Source: Eubacteriales bacterium (GTDB lineage Bacteria > Bacillota > Clostridia > Oscillospirales > CAG-272). Taken from it: DNA of 42,240 nt. Location: positions 1-42,240 of the forward strand of contig JAZNAD010000024.1 in assembly GCA_045586345.1 (NCBI GenBank), written 5' to 3'. This document shows positions 1 to 7,842 of this stretch, in pieces. The notes under the pieces are model-generated. The model was not told where the DNA came from and made no database searches. It was given only the letters and a program-made list of their open reading frames with translations. The first letter of the stretch is position 1, and each line of letters starts with the position of its first letter. Both the position numbers and the translations under genes were made by a program.

Positions 1-401
1 CCGCAGTCGGGCTGGGAAACTAAGAGGTTATTGATGTCGACGCCGAGCTTCTTGGCGTAGACCGGGTCAAGGGCGTGCTCGGCATCAATGAAGGCGGCTT
101 CACCGCCCGCCTTCTGTACCTCGGCGATCACGTGGAGCGCCACCGTCGTTTTACCCGAGGACTCGGGACCGTAGATCTCGACCACGCGGCCGCGCGGAAC
201 ACCGCCGATGCCGAGGGCGAGGTCGAGTGTCATTGAGCCGGTCGATACAGCGCTGACGTTCATGGCGGCGTTCTCGCCGAGACGCATGATCGTCCCCTTA
301 CCGCAGTCGCGCTCGATGCGGGCAAGCGCGGTCTCAAGTGCCGCGCGCTTATCGCTCCCCGAGGCCGAGGCTTCGGGCTTTGTCGTCTTTTTCGTAGCCA
401 T
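1..401 (-). CDS. recA: Recombinase A, 5' part (runs off the window start)
   Basis: Manual translation from ATG at 401 (RBS AAGGAG): [10 protein letters not shown]...[14 protein letters not shown]...[34 protein letters not shown]...[20 protein letters not shown], the RecA signature. Confidence 0.98.
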   Translation of the reverse strand, partial: MATKKTTKPEASASGSDKRAALETALARIERDCGKGTIMRLGENAAMNVSAVSTGSMTLDLALGIGGVPRGRVVEIYGPESSGKTTVALHVIAEVQKAGGEAAFIDAEHALDPVYAKKLGVDINNLLVSQPDC

Positions 402-422
402 GTATTTACTCCTTTTCGGTGT

Positions 423-480
423 TGTACTTTTGGTTTTACACTTACAGTATACCAGCATCCATGTACCGTTTTTGGTACAT
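423..480. promoter_or_regulatory. recA promoter region: extended -10 (TGGTATACT, minus strand, 446-454) between two TGTAC-N8-GTACA-like palindromes
   Basis: ATGTACC-GTTTTT-GGTACAT at 461-480 (perfect 7-6-7 palindrome) and TGTAC-TTTTGGTT-TTACA at 423-440. Confidence 0.55.
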
Positions 481-590
481 AGAAGAGATCCTTGGGCGCA
501 GGGGGCGCAGACTAAGGGAAAGGGGCACGCGGCGCGAGCGCAAAAGCGCCGGCGTAGGGGAGGAAAATGCGGGCGTGGGGGAATGGGACG

Positions 591-1868
591 TCAGGGACGG
601 ATGCGGGTGGCGCCGCCTTCGCGGATCGAGAGGATCATACAGGCGTCTTTGCCAAAAATCGAATCCATAAGGGCGGCATAGGAGGCGGCGAGGTCCCGGC
701 GGACGAAGGTCTGAATCGTGCCCGCAAAGCCGCCGCCGTGGACGCGCCAGGCACAGTCGCGGCCGCCGAGCGCCCCCTCGGTCACGGAGAGGGCCAGCGA
801 GAGCCCCTGCTCGGCAACGTTCTTGGTGGTATAGACGTTCTGGAGATATTGGAAGCTCGAGCGCCCCGAGGCCAGCTCCCCCTCAAGGAAGGCAGAAAGA
901 TCACCGCGGCGGAGGGCCGCCGCCTGAGCGAAGACGCGATCGTTTTCACGGACAAAGTGCAGAGCGCGCAGAAGGGCGCGGTCGCCAACGGCACGGCGGA
1001 GGACGGCGGCATTCGCAAGCAGCTCCTCCTCGGTGGTGCCGCGGAGCACCTCACGGCCGAAGTAGGAGGCCACGGCGCGCATCTCGGCGGTGACCGAGGC
1101 GTAGTCATCGTTAAGGCCAGAATGGCTACCGCCGGTATTGACGATGGCGAGGGCGTAGCCCGCCTCGGTGAGTGAGAAGCCGAGCGGCTCAATGGCGGGA
1201 TGCTCGGGTTCCTTGAAGTCGATGAAAATGAAGCCGCCGACGGCGCAGGCCATCTGGTCCATAAGGCCACTGGGCTTTCCGAAGTAGACGTTCTCGGAAT
1301 ACTGGGCGACCCTGGCGATCTCGGGAGCTTCGACCGTGCCGCTGTTATAGAGATGGTTCAGGATGGTACCGACCATCACCTCGAAGGCGGCCGAGGAGGA
1401 GAGCCCCGAGCCCTTCAGGACACGGGTGGTGGTGTAGGCATCGAAGCCCCCGACCGCAAAGCCGCGGTCAAGGAAGCCGCCCACAACACCGGCCACGAGC
1501 GCCTCGGAGCAGAAGCGGTCAAAGCTCGCGGGGTCACCGGCCATCGAGATGGCTACGCGGTTCTCGCGGTAGCCCTCGCTCCGGACGCGCACCACCCCGT
1601 CGGTATTCCTGGCGGCGACGGCAATAATGTCACGGTCGATGGCACCGGCGATCACGGCGCCGCGGTTGTGGTCGGTATGGTTGCCAACGATCTCGCTGCG
1701 CCCGGGCACCGAGAAAATACCGACGTCACGGTCGGCACCGTAGTGCCTCTCAAAGGCTCGGATAGCGCTCGCAAAGCGCTCCTTGGCGGTGGGGTCGTTG
1801 GCATAGAGGCGGTTGAAGTCCGCCGAGGTCCCGTTCTCGAGCACATTCAGCCATTCGGTAGTTTTCAT
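591..1868 (-). CDS. galK: Galactokinase (GHMP kinase family)
   Basis: PGRSEIVGNHTDHN, GSGLSSSAAFE, SGLMDQ and RVHGGGFAG motifs; start moved to MKTTEW (ATG 1868) behind the RBS AAGGGAG. Confidence 0.9.
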   Translation of the reverse strand: MKTTEWLNVLENGTSADFNRLYANDPTAKERFASAIRAFERHYGADRDVGIFSVPGRSEIVGNHTDHNRGAVIAGAIDRDIIAVAARNTDGVVRVRSEGYRENRVAISMAGDPASFDRFCSEALVAGVVGGFLDRGFAVGGFDAYTTTRVLKGSGLSSSAAFEVMVGTILNHLYNSGTVEAPEIARVAQYSENVYFGKPSGLMDQMACAVGGFIFIDFKEPEHPAIEPLGFSLTEAGYALAIVNTGGSHSGLNDDYASVTAEMRAVASYFGREVLRGTTEEELLANAAVLRRAVGDRALLRALHFVRENDRVFAQAAALRRGDLSAFLEGELASGRSSFQYLQNVYTTKNVAEQGLSLALSVTEGALGGRDCAWRVHGGGFAGTIQTFVRRDLAASYAALMDSIFGKDACMILSIREGGATRIRP

Positions 1869-1893
1869 AGCATCTCCCTTTTCTTCCCTAGGG

Positions 1894-2871
1894 TTACCGT
1901 TTCGCAAGAAATGCAGAGATATCGGCAATCGCCGCGTCGCACGACGAGGGGGTCACTCCGCCCTCATCGGTTTCAAGAGGAATGATCCCCTCGGTGGCGC
2001 GAAACCAGGTGAGCTGGCGGCGCGCGTAGTGGCGGCTGGCCGCCTTGATCTCGTCAATCGCCTCGTCCAAGCTGCACTCACCCCGAAAGGCGGCGCCGAG
2101 CTCCTTGTAGCCGATGCCTTGGGCGGCCGTTGTGCCTTCGGCGAGGGCGCCGCTCTCGTAAAGCGCCCTTGCCTCGTCGATAAGACCCTCGGCGACCATG
2201 GCGTCAACACGGCGGTCGATACGGGCGTAGAGGGCCTCGCGATCGGTCGGAAACAGGCCGAAGACGAGGAGCGAGAGGGCGCGGGGACGCTTGCGGCTTT
2301 CCTCGTCGAGATCGCTTTTGCGCCGTCCCGTGGCACGATAGATCTCCAGGGCACGAAGGGTGCGGCGCAGGTTGTTCGGGTGGATGGCCGCGGCCGCAGT
2401 CGGATCGACCGCGGCAAGAGCCGCGTGCATCGCAAGCGGACCGCGCTCCTCAGCCTCGGCAAGGAGAGTTTGGCGGATGTCCGGAGCGATGGGGGGGAGA
2501 GCCCCATGTCGGTCACAGCGGGCGGCCTCAAGGTATAGCCCTGTGCCACCGCAAAGGATGGGAAGGCGGCCGCGTGCGGCGATAGCACGGACGGCCGCGC
2601 GCGCATCGCGCGCGTATTCGGCGGCACTGTACGGTGCGTTCGGCGGCAGAAGGTCGATAAGATGATGGGGGGCCGCCGCCTGCTCAGCAGGGGTCGCCTT
2701 GGCAGTGCCAATATCCATACCGCGGTAGATCTGCATCGAGTCGCAGCTGACGATTTCACCGTGAAAGCGCTCGGCAAGCCGAAGTGAAAAGGCAGTCTTT
2801 CCCGAGGCCGTCGGCCCTACCACAGCAACACCGCGCGGTGCGCCGTCTTCTTCGTACAGTTTTGTTATCAT
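1894..2871 (-). CDS. miaA: tRNA dimethylallyltransferase
   Basis: VVGPTASGKT, DSMQIYRGMDIGTAK, GGTGLY, RHYARRQLTWF; start at MITKLYEED. Confidence 0.96.
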   Translation of the reverse strand: MITKLYEEDGAPRGVAVVGPTASGKTAFSLRLAERFHGEIVSCDSMQIYRGMDIGTAKATPAEQAAAPHHLIDLLPPNAPYSAAEYARDARAAVRAIAARGRLPILCGGTGLYLEAARCDRHGALPPIAPDIRQTLLAEAEERGPLAMHAALAAVDPTAAAAIHPNNLRRTLRALEIYRATGRRKSDLDEESRKRPRALSLLVFGLFPTDREALYARIDRRVDAMVAEGLIDEARALYESGALAEGTTAAQGIGYKELGAAFRGECSLDEAIDEIKAASRHYARRQLTWFRATEGIIPLETDEGGVTPSSCDAAIADISAFLAKR

Positions 2872-2881
2872 CAAGCTTTGA

Positions 2882-3793
2882 TCAGTTGCGCTCGAGGAAG
2901 GCAAAGACCTCCTCAGCGGTGGGAGGCGAGATGGCTTCACCGCGGCGCGTGGTGGTGAGCGCCGAGGCGGCGGCCGCGAAGGTGAGGGCAGGGAGGATCT
3001 CGCGCTCGGGGCGCATATACTCAGCAATGAGGGCGGCAAAGAAGACCTCATCAGCGCCGCGGCTATCGGCCTCGCGCACGATGTAGGAGTTCACCATATG
3101 GCAGTAGATGCCGTCGTAGAGGAACGCGCCGCGCTCGCCGAGGCGGATGATAAAGTAGCGGGTCTTGATCCGCTTCTGTAGCTCGATCGCCACCTGGAGA
3201 CAGGTATCGGCGTTGCCGGGGCGAATTCCCGTCATGGTCTCGGCCGTCGGCTCGTCGGTCACGAAGGCCTCAAGGGGGGGCAGGGTGGGTGGCTCGACCT
3301 CGCCCGAGGTATGGAGCAAGAAGAGGGGGATTCCACGCTCCGCGGCCAGGGCAGCAATGCGGAAAAGGGCGGCGGCCGGTACCTCGGTGGTAACGGCGAC
3401 CCCGTCGGGCGAGGTCAGGAAGGCATTGCTCACCTCGTCCTCGGAGAGGCGGCTGTCCGCCCCCGGAAACAGGATGCGCCGCGTAACGCTGCCACCGACC
3501 GTCTCGGAAACGAGATGCCCGGTCTGTGCCGCGCGATCCACGTGAAAGGCCGAAAGATCCACCCCGGCGCTGTCGAGAAGACGCGCAAGACGCTTCCCGC
3601 CCGAATCGTCACCGACGCGTCCGCAAAAGACGCTCCGCGTGCCGAGGCGTGAAAGAGCAACAGCGACCGTCTCCCCGTGACCGCCGAGGACGGTCTCGTA
3701 AGAAAGCCCCTCTATGCCCGTTGCCGGTGCGACGGTGGGAAGGGTCAGCGTCTCGACCGTGCGGGCCGGGCCGAACACCAATATTTTACTCAC
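2882..3793 (-). CDS. PfkB/ribokinase-family carbohydrate kinase (atypical catalytic motif)
   Basis: GGHGETVAVALSRLG, GRVGDDSGG, IIRLGERGA, DSRGADEVF; GTG start at 3793 behind AAAGGAG. Confidence 0.8.
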   Translation of the reverse strand: MSKILVFGPARTVETLTLPTVAPATGIEGLSYETVLGGHGETVAVALSRLGTRSVFCGRVGDDSGGKRLARLLDSAGVDLSAFHVDRAAQTGHLVSETVGGSVTRRILFPGADSRLSEDEVSNAFLTSPDGVAVTTEVPAAALFRIAALAAERGIPLFLLHTSGEVEPPTLPPLEAFVTDEPTAETMTGIRPGNADTCLQVAIELQKRIKTRYFIIRLGERGAFLYDGIYCHMVNSYIVREADSRGADEVFFAALIAEYMRPEREILPALTFAAAASALTTTRRGEAISPPTAEEVFAFLERN

Positions 3794-6116
3794 TGTTATG
3801 TCTCCTTTCAAGAGGGATGCGCCTCGTCTCGTCACTCACGCGGACGGCGATCGTGGCCTCGCGATCGTGGCAGGTAAAGAGGATGCTCTGCATTCCCTCG
3901 GTCTCAGCGATGGTATCAAGAAGCACAAAAATATTCTCGGTGCGCCCGTCGTCCTGGTGCGCCATGCTTTCATCGAAGCAGAGCGGAGGCTTTTCCTTAT
4001 AAAGCATGTCAATAAGGGCCAGGCGAAGCGTGATGTACGCGATCTCACGCGTGCCGCCGCTCATGCCGGGCAGGGGACGGCGTATCTCTCCGTCAAGATA
4101 GGACATCGAGAGACGGTTGGTAACCTCAAGCGAGGAATAACGGCCGTCGGTCGCCAGCGACAGAAGGTTGGCGGCGTAGCCCGAAAGACGGGGCGAGATC
4201 TCGGCGCGGAGGCTATCCTGGGCCGAGGCGATCGCATCGGTCGCAATACCGTACGCGCGGAAGCGCTCCTGGAGAGCGCGGATGCGCTCGGTGGTAGCGG
4301 CGAGCTCAGCCCGCAGCTCGGCCGGGTTCTCGGCGTGCTTGCGGTATTCGTCCAGCTCATCGAGCAGAACGCGGTACTGCTTATGGAAGTTGTCACAGGT
4401 CGTGCGGTAATAGGAAAGCCCCTCCTGCACGGTCTTGTGATTGATGCGCTTCATCTTCTCGCGGTTGTGGGGTGAGAGCTGACCGCGGATGGTGATCTCG
4501 CTGACGCCCTCAAGCTCGGCGCGTAGGGCATCGACCCTGCCGCGCGCCTCAGCCACCGCCTCGGCAAGACGCCTTTCCTCGACGAGGTAAGCGCGCACCT
4601 CGGCGCTGACTGATTCAACCGCTTCCTCGGGCGAGCCGAGCAGGCGGCGCTCCCGCCAACGCGAGATCAGCGCTGAAAGCTCCGAGCGAATCTCCTCAAA
4701 GTTCCTAAGCGAGATGGCCACGTTCTCCTCCGCGCGCAGAATGCTCTCGCGGCGCTCCGCGAGCATCCGCCGCGTGGTCTCCACATTATTGAGCTTACAC
4801 AGGAGGTCGGCTCCTGTAGCCGCATCGTAACGGCGGCAGAGCTCTCCGATCCTTGCCTCGGTGCGCGCCCGTGTGCGGAAAAGAAGAACCGAAAGCACCG
4901 AAGAGGCAATCATGAAAAGAAGCAGGATCGCGAGGACGGGCGAAAAGGCGAAGGGGCGGACGGTGACGGCACCGATCCCGAGGAGAGCCGCACCGAGGAT
5001 GGCAAAGAGCCACGCCGTAATACGAAGGGTCAGGGCATTCTTATAAAGGCCGGTGTAGGTATCGGCGATCGCCTCGGCGCCGCCCCCCTCGTCGGTCTCG
5101 CGGAGAAAGTCCTCGGCCTCGGGCGTGATGGCCGTCTCCTCCTTAACGCTCTCAAGCTTTTCGGCACTGCGGAGATAGTTCTTGCGTGAGATCTCGAGGA
5201 TACGCTCGGTGCTGACGAGCGAAGCAAGGTACTCCTCGTCGGGGAAAAAGCCGTTCTTCCCGCCCTCGCGGCGGAGCGCCTCGTGCTCGGCAACGAGGGA
5301 GGCATGGGTATTCTCGACCTCGTGGAGCTTATCAAAGGTGCAGATGGCTATGTAGTTGCCGTAGTCGCGGTCGATCTCAGAAAGACGGTCGCGCTCGCGC
5401 TCGGCGGAGGCGATCTTCTCCCGAAGCTTATGAAGCTCGGTCTCGGTCCTGTGGATCTGCGTATTCAGACGGAGAGCCTGCGAAAGGCGGAGGCTGGTGG
5501 CCTCGGCCTGGGCCTTGAGCTCGTAGATCGCGCCACCAACGCCACTCGGGTGCGAGAGCGAATTCCGCGCCTGCCGGAGGGTACGCAGGGCACGGAGCGA
5601 GCTAACGCGCTCATCCCCCGAAAAGAGGATGTTTTCCATGGCCTGGGTCATCTCGCCCTCGCTGACCTTAGCATCCGAGAACTGACCGAAGAAGGCGGTA
5701 TTGACGTAGACCTGCTCGGGCACCGAGAAGAATTCCTCACCCGGCAGGGTGCGGAAGCGGGCAACGCTCCCATCCGAAAGGTCGATAAGGCGGCTATCCT
5801 CAAGATAGCCGATGCGCCCCGTTCCCTCGGTAGCCTTCGTGCTCCGCTCAATGCGGAAGCGGCGGCCGTCGGCAAGGCGGACGTCCATCGTTCCCTCGGC
5901 GACCGCGGCCGTCCAGCTGACGCGCTTCTCGCGCTCGGGCAGATCATCCGGGCTATGGGAGGTACCGAAGCCGTATAGCATATAGCGAATAAAGGCAGCT
6001 ACTGTGCTCTTGCCGGTCTCATTGTCACCGACGATGACATTCAGCCGGGGGCCGAGGTCCACCGTGACACCGTCAAGATTACCGAAGTGCCCTATCGCCA
6101 GGCGTTCAATAATCAT
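3786..6116 (-). CDS. YhaN-like / Rad50-SbcC-type coiled-coil ATPase with central hydrophobic segments
   Basis: N-terminal Walker A GDNETGKST, long coiled coil, two TM-like segments, C-terminal signature MSGGT, Walker B LCFDES, H-loop FTCH. Confidence 0.85.
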   Translation of the reverse strand: MIIERLAIGHFGNLDGVTVDLGPRLNVIVGDNETGKSTVAAFIRYMLYGFGTSHSPDDLPEREKRVSWTAAVAEGTMDVRLADGRRFRIERSTKATEGTGRIGYLEDSRLIDLSDGSVARFRTLPGEEFFSVPEQVYVNTAFFGQFSDAKVSEGEMTQAMENILFSGDERVSSLRALRTLRQARNSLSHPSGVGGAIYELKAQAEATSLRLSQALRLNTQIHRTETELHKLREKIASAERERDRLSEIDRDYGNYIAICTFDKLHEVENTHASLVAEHEALRREGGKNGFFPDEEYLASLVSTERILEISRKNYLRSAEKLESVKEETAITPEAEDFLRETDEGGGAEAIADTYTGLYKNALTLRITAWLFAILGAALLGIGAVTVRPFAFSPVLAILLLFMIASSVLSVLLFRTRARTEARIGELCRRYDAATGADLLCKLNNVETTRRMLAERRESILRAEENVAISLRNFEEIRSELSALISRWRERRLLGSPEEAVESVSAEVRAYLVEERRLAEAVAEARGRVDALRAELEGVSEITIRGQLSPHNREKMKRINHKTVQEGLSYYRTTCDNFHKQYRVLLDELDEYRKHAENPAELRAELAATTERIRALQERFRAYGIATDAIASAQDSLRAEISPRLSGYAANLLSLATDGRYSSLEVTNRLSMSYLDGEIRRPLPGMSGGTREIAYITLRLALIDMLYKEKPPLCFDESMAHQDDGRTENIFVLLDTIAETEGMQSILFTCHDREATIAVRVSDETRRIPLERRHNSE

Positions 6117-6119
6117 AGC

Positions 6120-6815
6120 TCACCTTTCCGCACTGCTGAGGAAGGCAATGGCCCTCTCGACCGAATCCTTGGCGTTGTACCAGGGCTCTTCCCCATAGCG
6201 ATAATCGAATTTTTTACAGAACCAGCTGACGTCCCCCTCGAGCGCCTCAAGATAACGGTCGACAGGAGCCATCACGCTGCGGGCAAAATCGGCGTATAGC
6301 TTTTTGGGGAGATTGGCACGGCCGCATTCGAGAAGGCGGCGAAGGTGCGGCAGGCAAAAATACGGCTGCCCCTCCACCTTCTTGCGGAAGGCGGTATCCT
6401 CCTCATAGAGGACGGCCACGGTGGCCGTCATCCCTGAAAAATTCTTTTCAATACGCTCGCAGATATAGCAAGAATCGGAGAGGCGCTTCGCGGCCTCGGT
6501 CACCTTCTGCGCGCGGTTACCGAAGAGGGCGGCGGGGGCGAGGCCCTCACGCACCGAGGCCAGGTGGCTCTCAAGGATCAGCGCAAGGCCAAGGCGGTTC
6601 TTGCGGGCAAACAGGGCATCAAAATGCGTGCCGCAGAAGCCAAGCTCGTTCGTTCGGATACGGATATCGGGCTCCATCATGGCACCGCCAAGGATCAGGT
6701 CGAGCTCATCCTCCTCGAGCTTGCGGTACAGGGCGCACATCGGGCATCCGCAGGCAGGGTCAGCAAAAGAGGCGTCAAAGGCCTCATTGACGGGGATGGT
6801 GTAGATGCGCTCCAT
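6120..6815 (-). CDS. Conserved Cys-rich clostridial protein (DUF6062-like)
   Basis: MERIYTIPVNEAF...CPMC...MMEPDIRIRTNELGFC..H...CYIC...FCLPH...KFDYR; RBS AAGGAG. Confidence 0.75.
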   Translation of the reverse strand: MERIYTIPVNEAFDASFADPACGCPMCALYRKLEEDELDLILGGAMMEPDIRIRTNELGFCGTHFDALFARKNRLGLALILESHLASVREGLAPAALFGNRAQKVTEAAKRLSDSCYICERIEKNFSGMTATVAVLYEEDTAFRKKVEGQPYFCLPHLRRLLECGRANLPKKLYADFARSVMAPVDRYLEALEGDVSWFCKKFDYRYGEEPWYNAKDSVERAIAFLSSAER

Positions 6816-6843
6816 GTGCTTGCTCCTTTTTGATCAGCCACCC

Positions 6844-6872
6844 TTGACATCCGGGGGCGTCGGTTGTATAAT
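6844..6872 (+). promoter_or_regulatory. Consensus sigmaA promoter firing rightward
   Basis: TTGACA-17 nt-TATAAT, perfect match. Confidence 0.75.
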
Positions 6873-6960
6873 GTGGGTACGCGGATCGCGGCGCTCCACC
6901 AATGGGCGCGTGCCGGGGCGCGCACCACGTGCGCACGCGAGCAGGCACGTATACATAATC

Positions 6961-6988
6961 ATTATAGCACAAAAAAGAGTTTTTTCAA
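6961..6988 (-). promoter_or_regulatory. sigmaA promoter for the DUF6062-galK gene run
   Basis: Minus strand TTGAAA-16 nt-TATAAT with TGn extended -10. Confidence 0.65.
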
Positions 6989-7059
6989 GGCTTTCTTTTG
7001 CCTTATGCAAAAAAATCCCGGCGGCACCCGTCGCCGCCTGCTTTTCGAGGAGGTCTCTT

Positions 7060-7791
7060 ATGTATTCTTCACACAAAAAAATCGCCTTGGCGGCCATCGC
7101 CTGCCTTTTCCTCCGTCTTCTTGCCCCGGCGGCATCGGCAGCCTCCCCGCTTCCTCTGGGCGGCGAGGGGGAGGCATCCTCACTTTCACCCCTTTTCGGT
7201 CAGCTTTCGCTCTTTTTCTCAGCCGATAATCTCGGGCCGAGCGTCACGCCCCTCGTGCTTGCGGTCGCCCTCATCGGTATTCTTCTCGCCTTTTTCGGCT
7301 ACCCGCTCCTTCGCATGACTATCTTCCTCGGCGGCTTTGGAACGGGGATCGCCGTGGCCTCCCTCCTCCTTGCGGGAGGGCGACTCGCCGCAGCCCTCAC
7401 CTCTCCCTGGATGCCTCTCGTCGTGATGCTCCTCTGCGGTGCGCTGTTCGCCTGGCTCTTTTGCAAGCTCTTCTCCCTGGCGCTCTTCTTCACCGTGGCC
7501 GGTGCCGTGCTTCTGATGGGAATGGGACCGATCAAGGCACTGTTTCCGAATCCCCTCGCGGGTATCCTTGCGATCATCGCTGCCGCTCTCGTCCTCGGTC
7601 TCCTTGCGACGCGCTTCGTCCGCCCGATCATCGTGCTGACGACTGCCGCTCTCGGCGGCTTTCTCGTCTCCTTTGCGCTCTCGGGCATCATCCCCGTTCC
7701 CTACATTAAGCTTGTCCTGTTCGGCCTCGTGCTGATCCTCGGGCTTTCGATCCAACTCCGCACGAGAGGACGTCTTCCGAGAATAGACTGA
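7060..7791 (+). CDS. Multi-pass membrane protein (DUF4203/TMEM198-like) with signal peptide
   Basis: RBS GAGGAGG, ATG 7060; 'LLAFFGYPLLRMTIFLGGF' and 'IVLTTAALGG' patterns; about 7 hydrophobic helices. Confidence 0.7.
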   Translation: MYSSHKKIALAAIACLFLRLLAPAASAASPLPLGGEGEASSLSPLFGQLSLFFSADNLGPSVTPLVLAVALIGILLAFFGYPLLRMTIFLGGFGTGIAVASLLLAGGRLAAALTSPWMPLVVMLLCGALFAWLFCKLFSLALFFTVAGAVLLMGMGPIKALFPNPLAGILAIIAAALVLGLLATRFVRPIIVLTTAALGGFLVSFALSGIIPVPYIKLVLFGLVLILGLSIQLRTRGRLPRID

Positions 7792-7805
7792 ACGCAGCAA
7801 TATAA

Positions 7806-7841
7806 TAAAAAAGAGCAGACCCACAGGTCTGCTCTTTTTTG
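7806..7841. terminator. Bidirectional intrinsic terminator
   Basis: AAAAAAGAGCAGACC-loop-GGTCTGCTCTTTTTT between convergent genes. Confidence 0.85.
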
Positions 7842-7842
7842 A

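Noticed and set aside
402-590. Canonical Firmicute LexA (Cheo) box before recA
   Set aside because: No GAAC-N4-GTTC found by eye.
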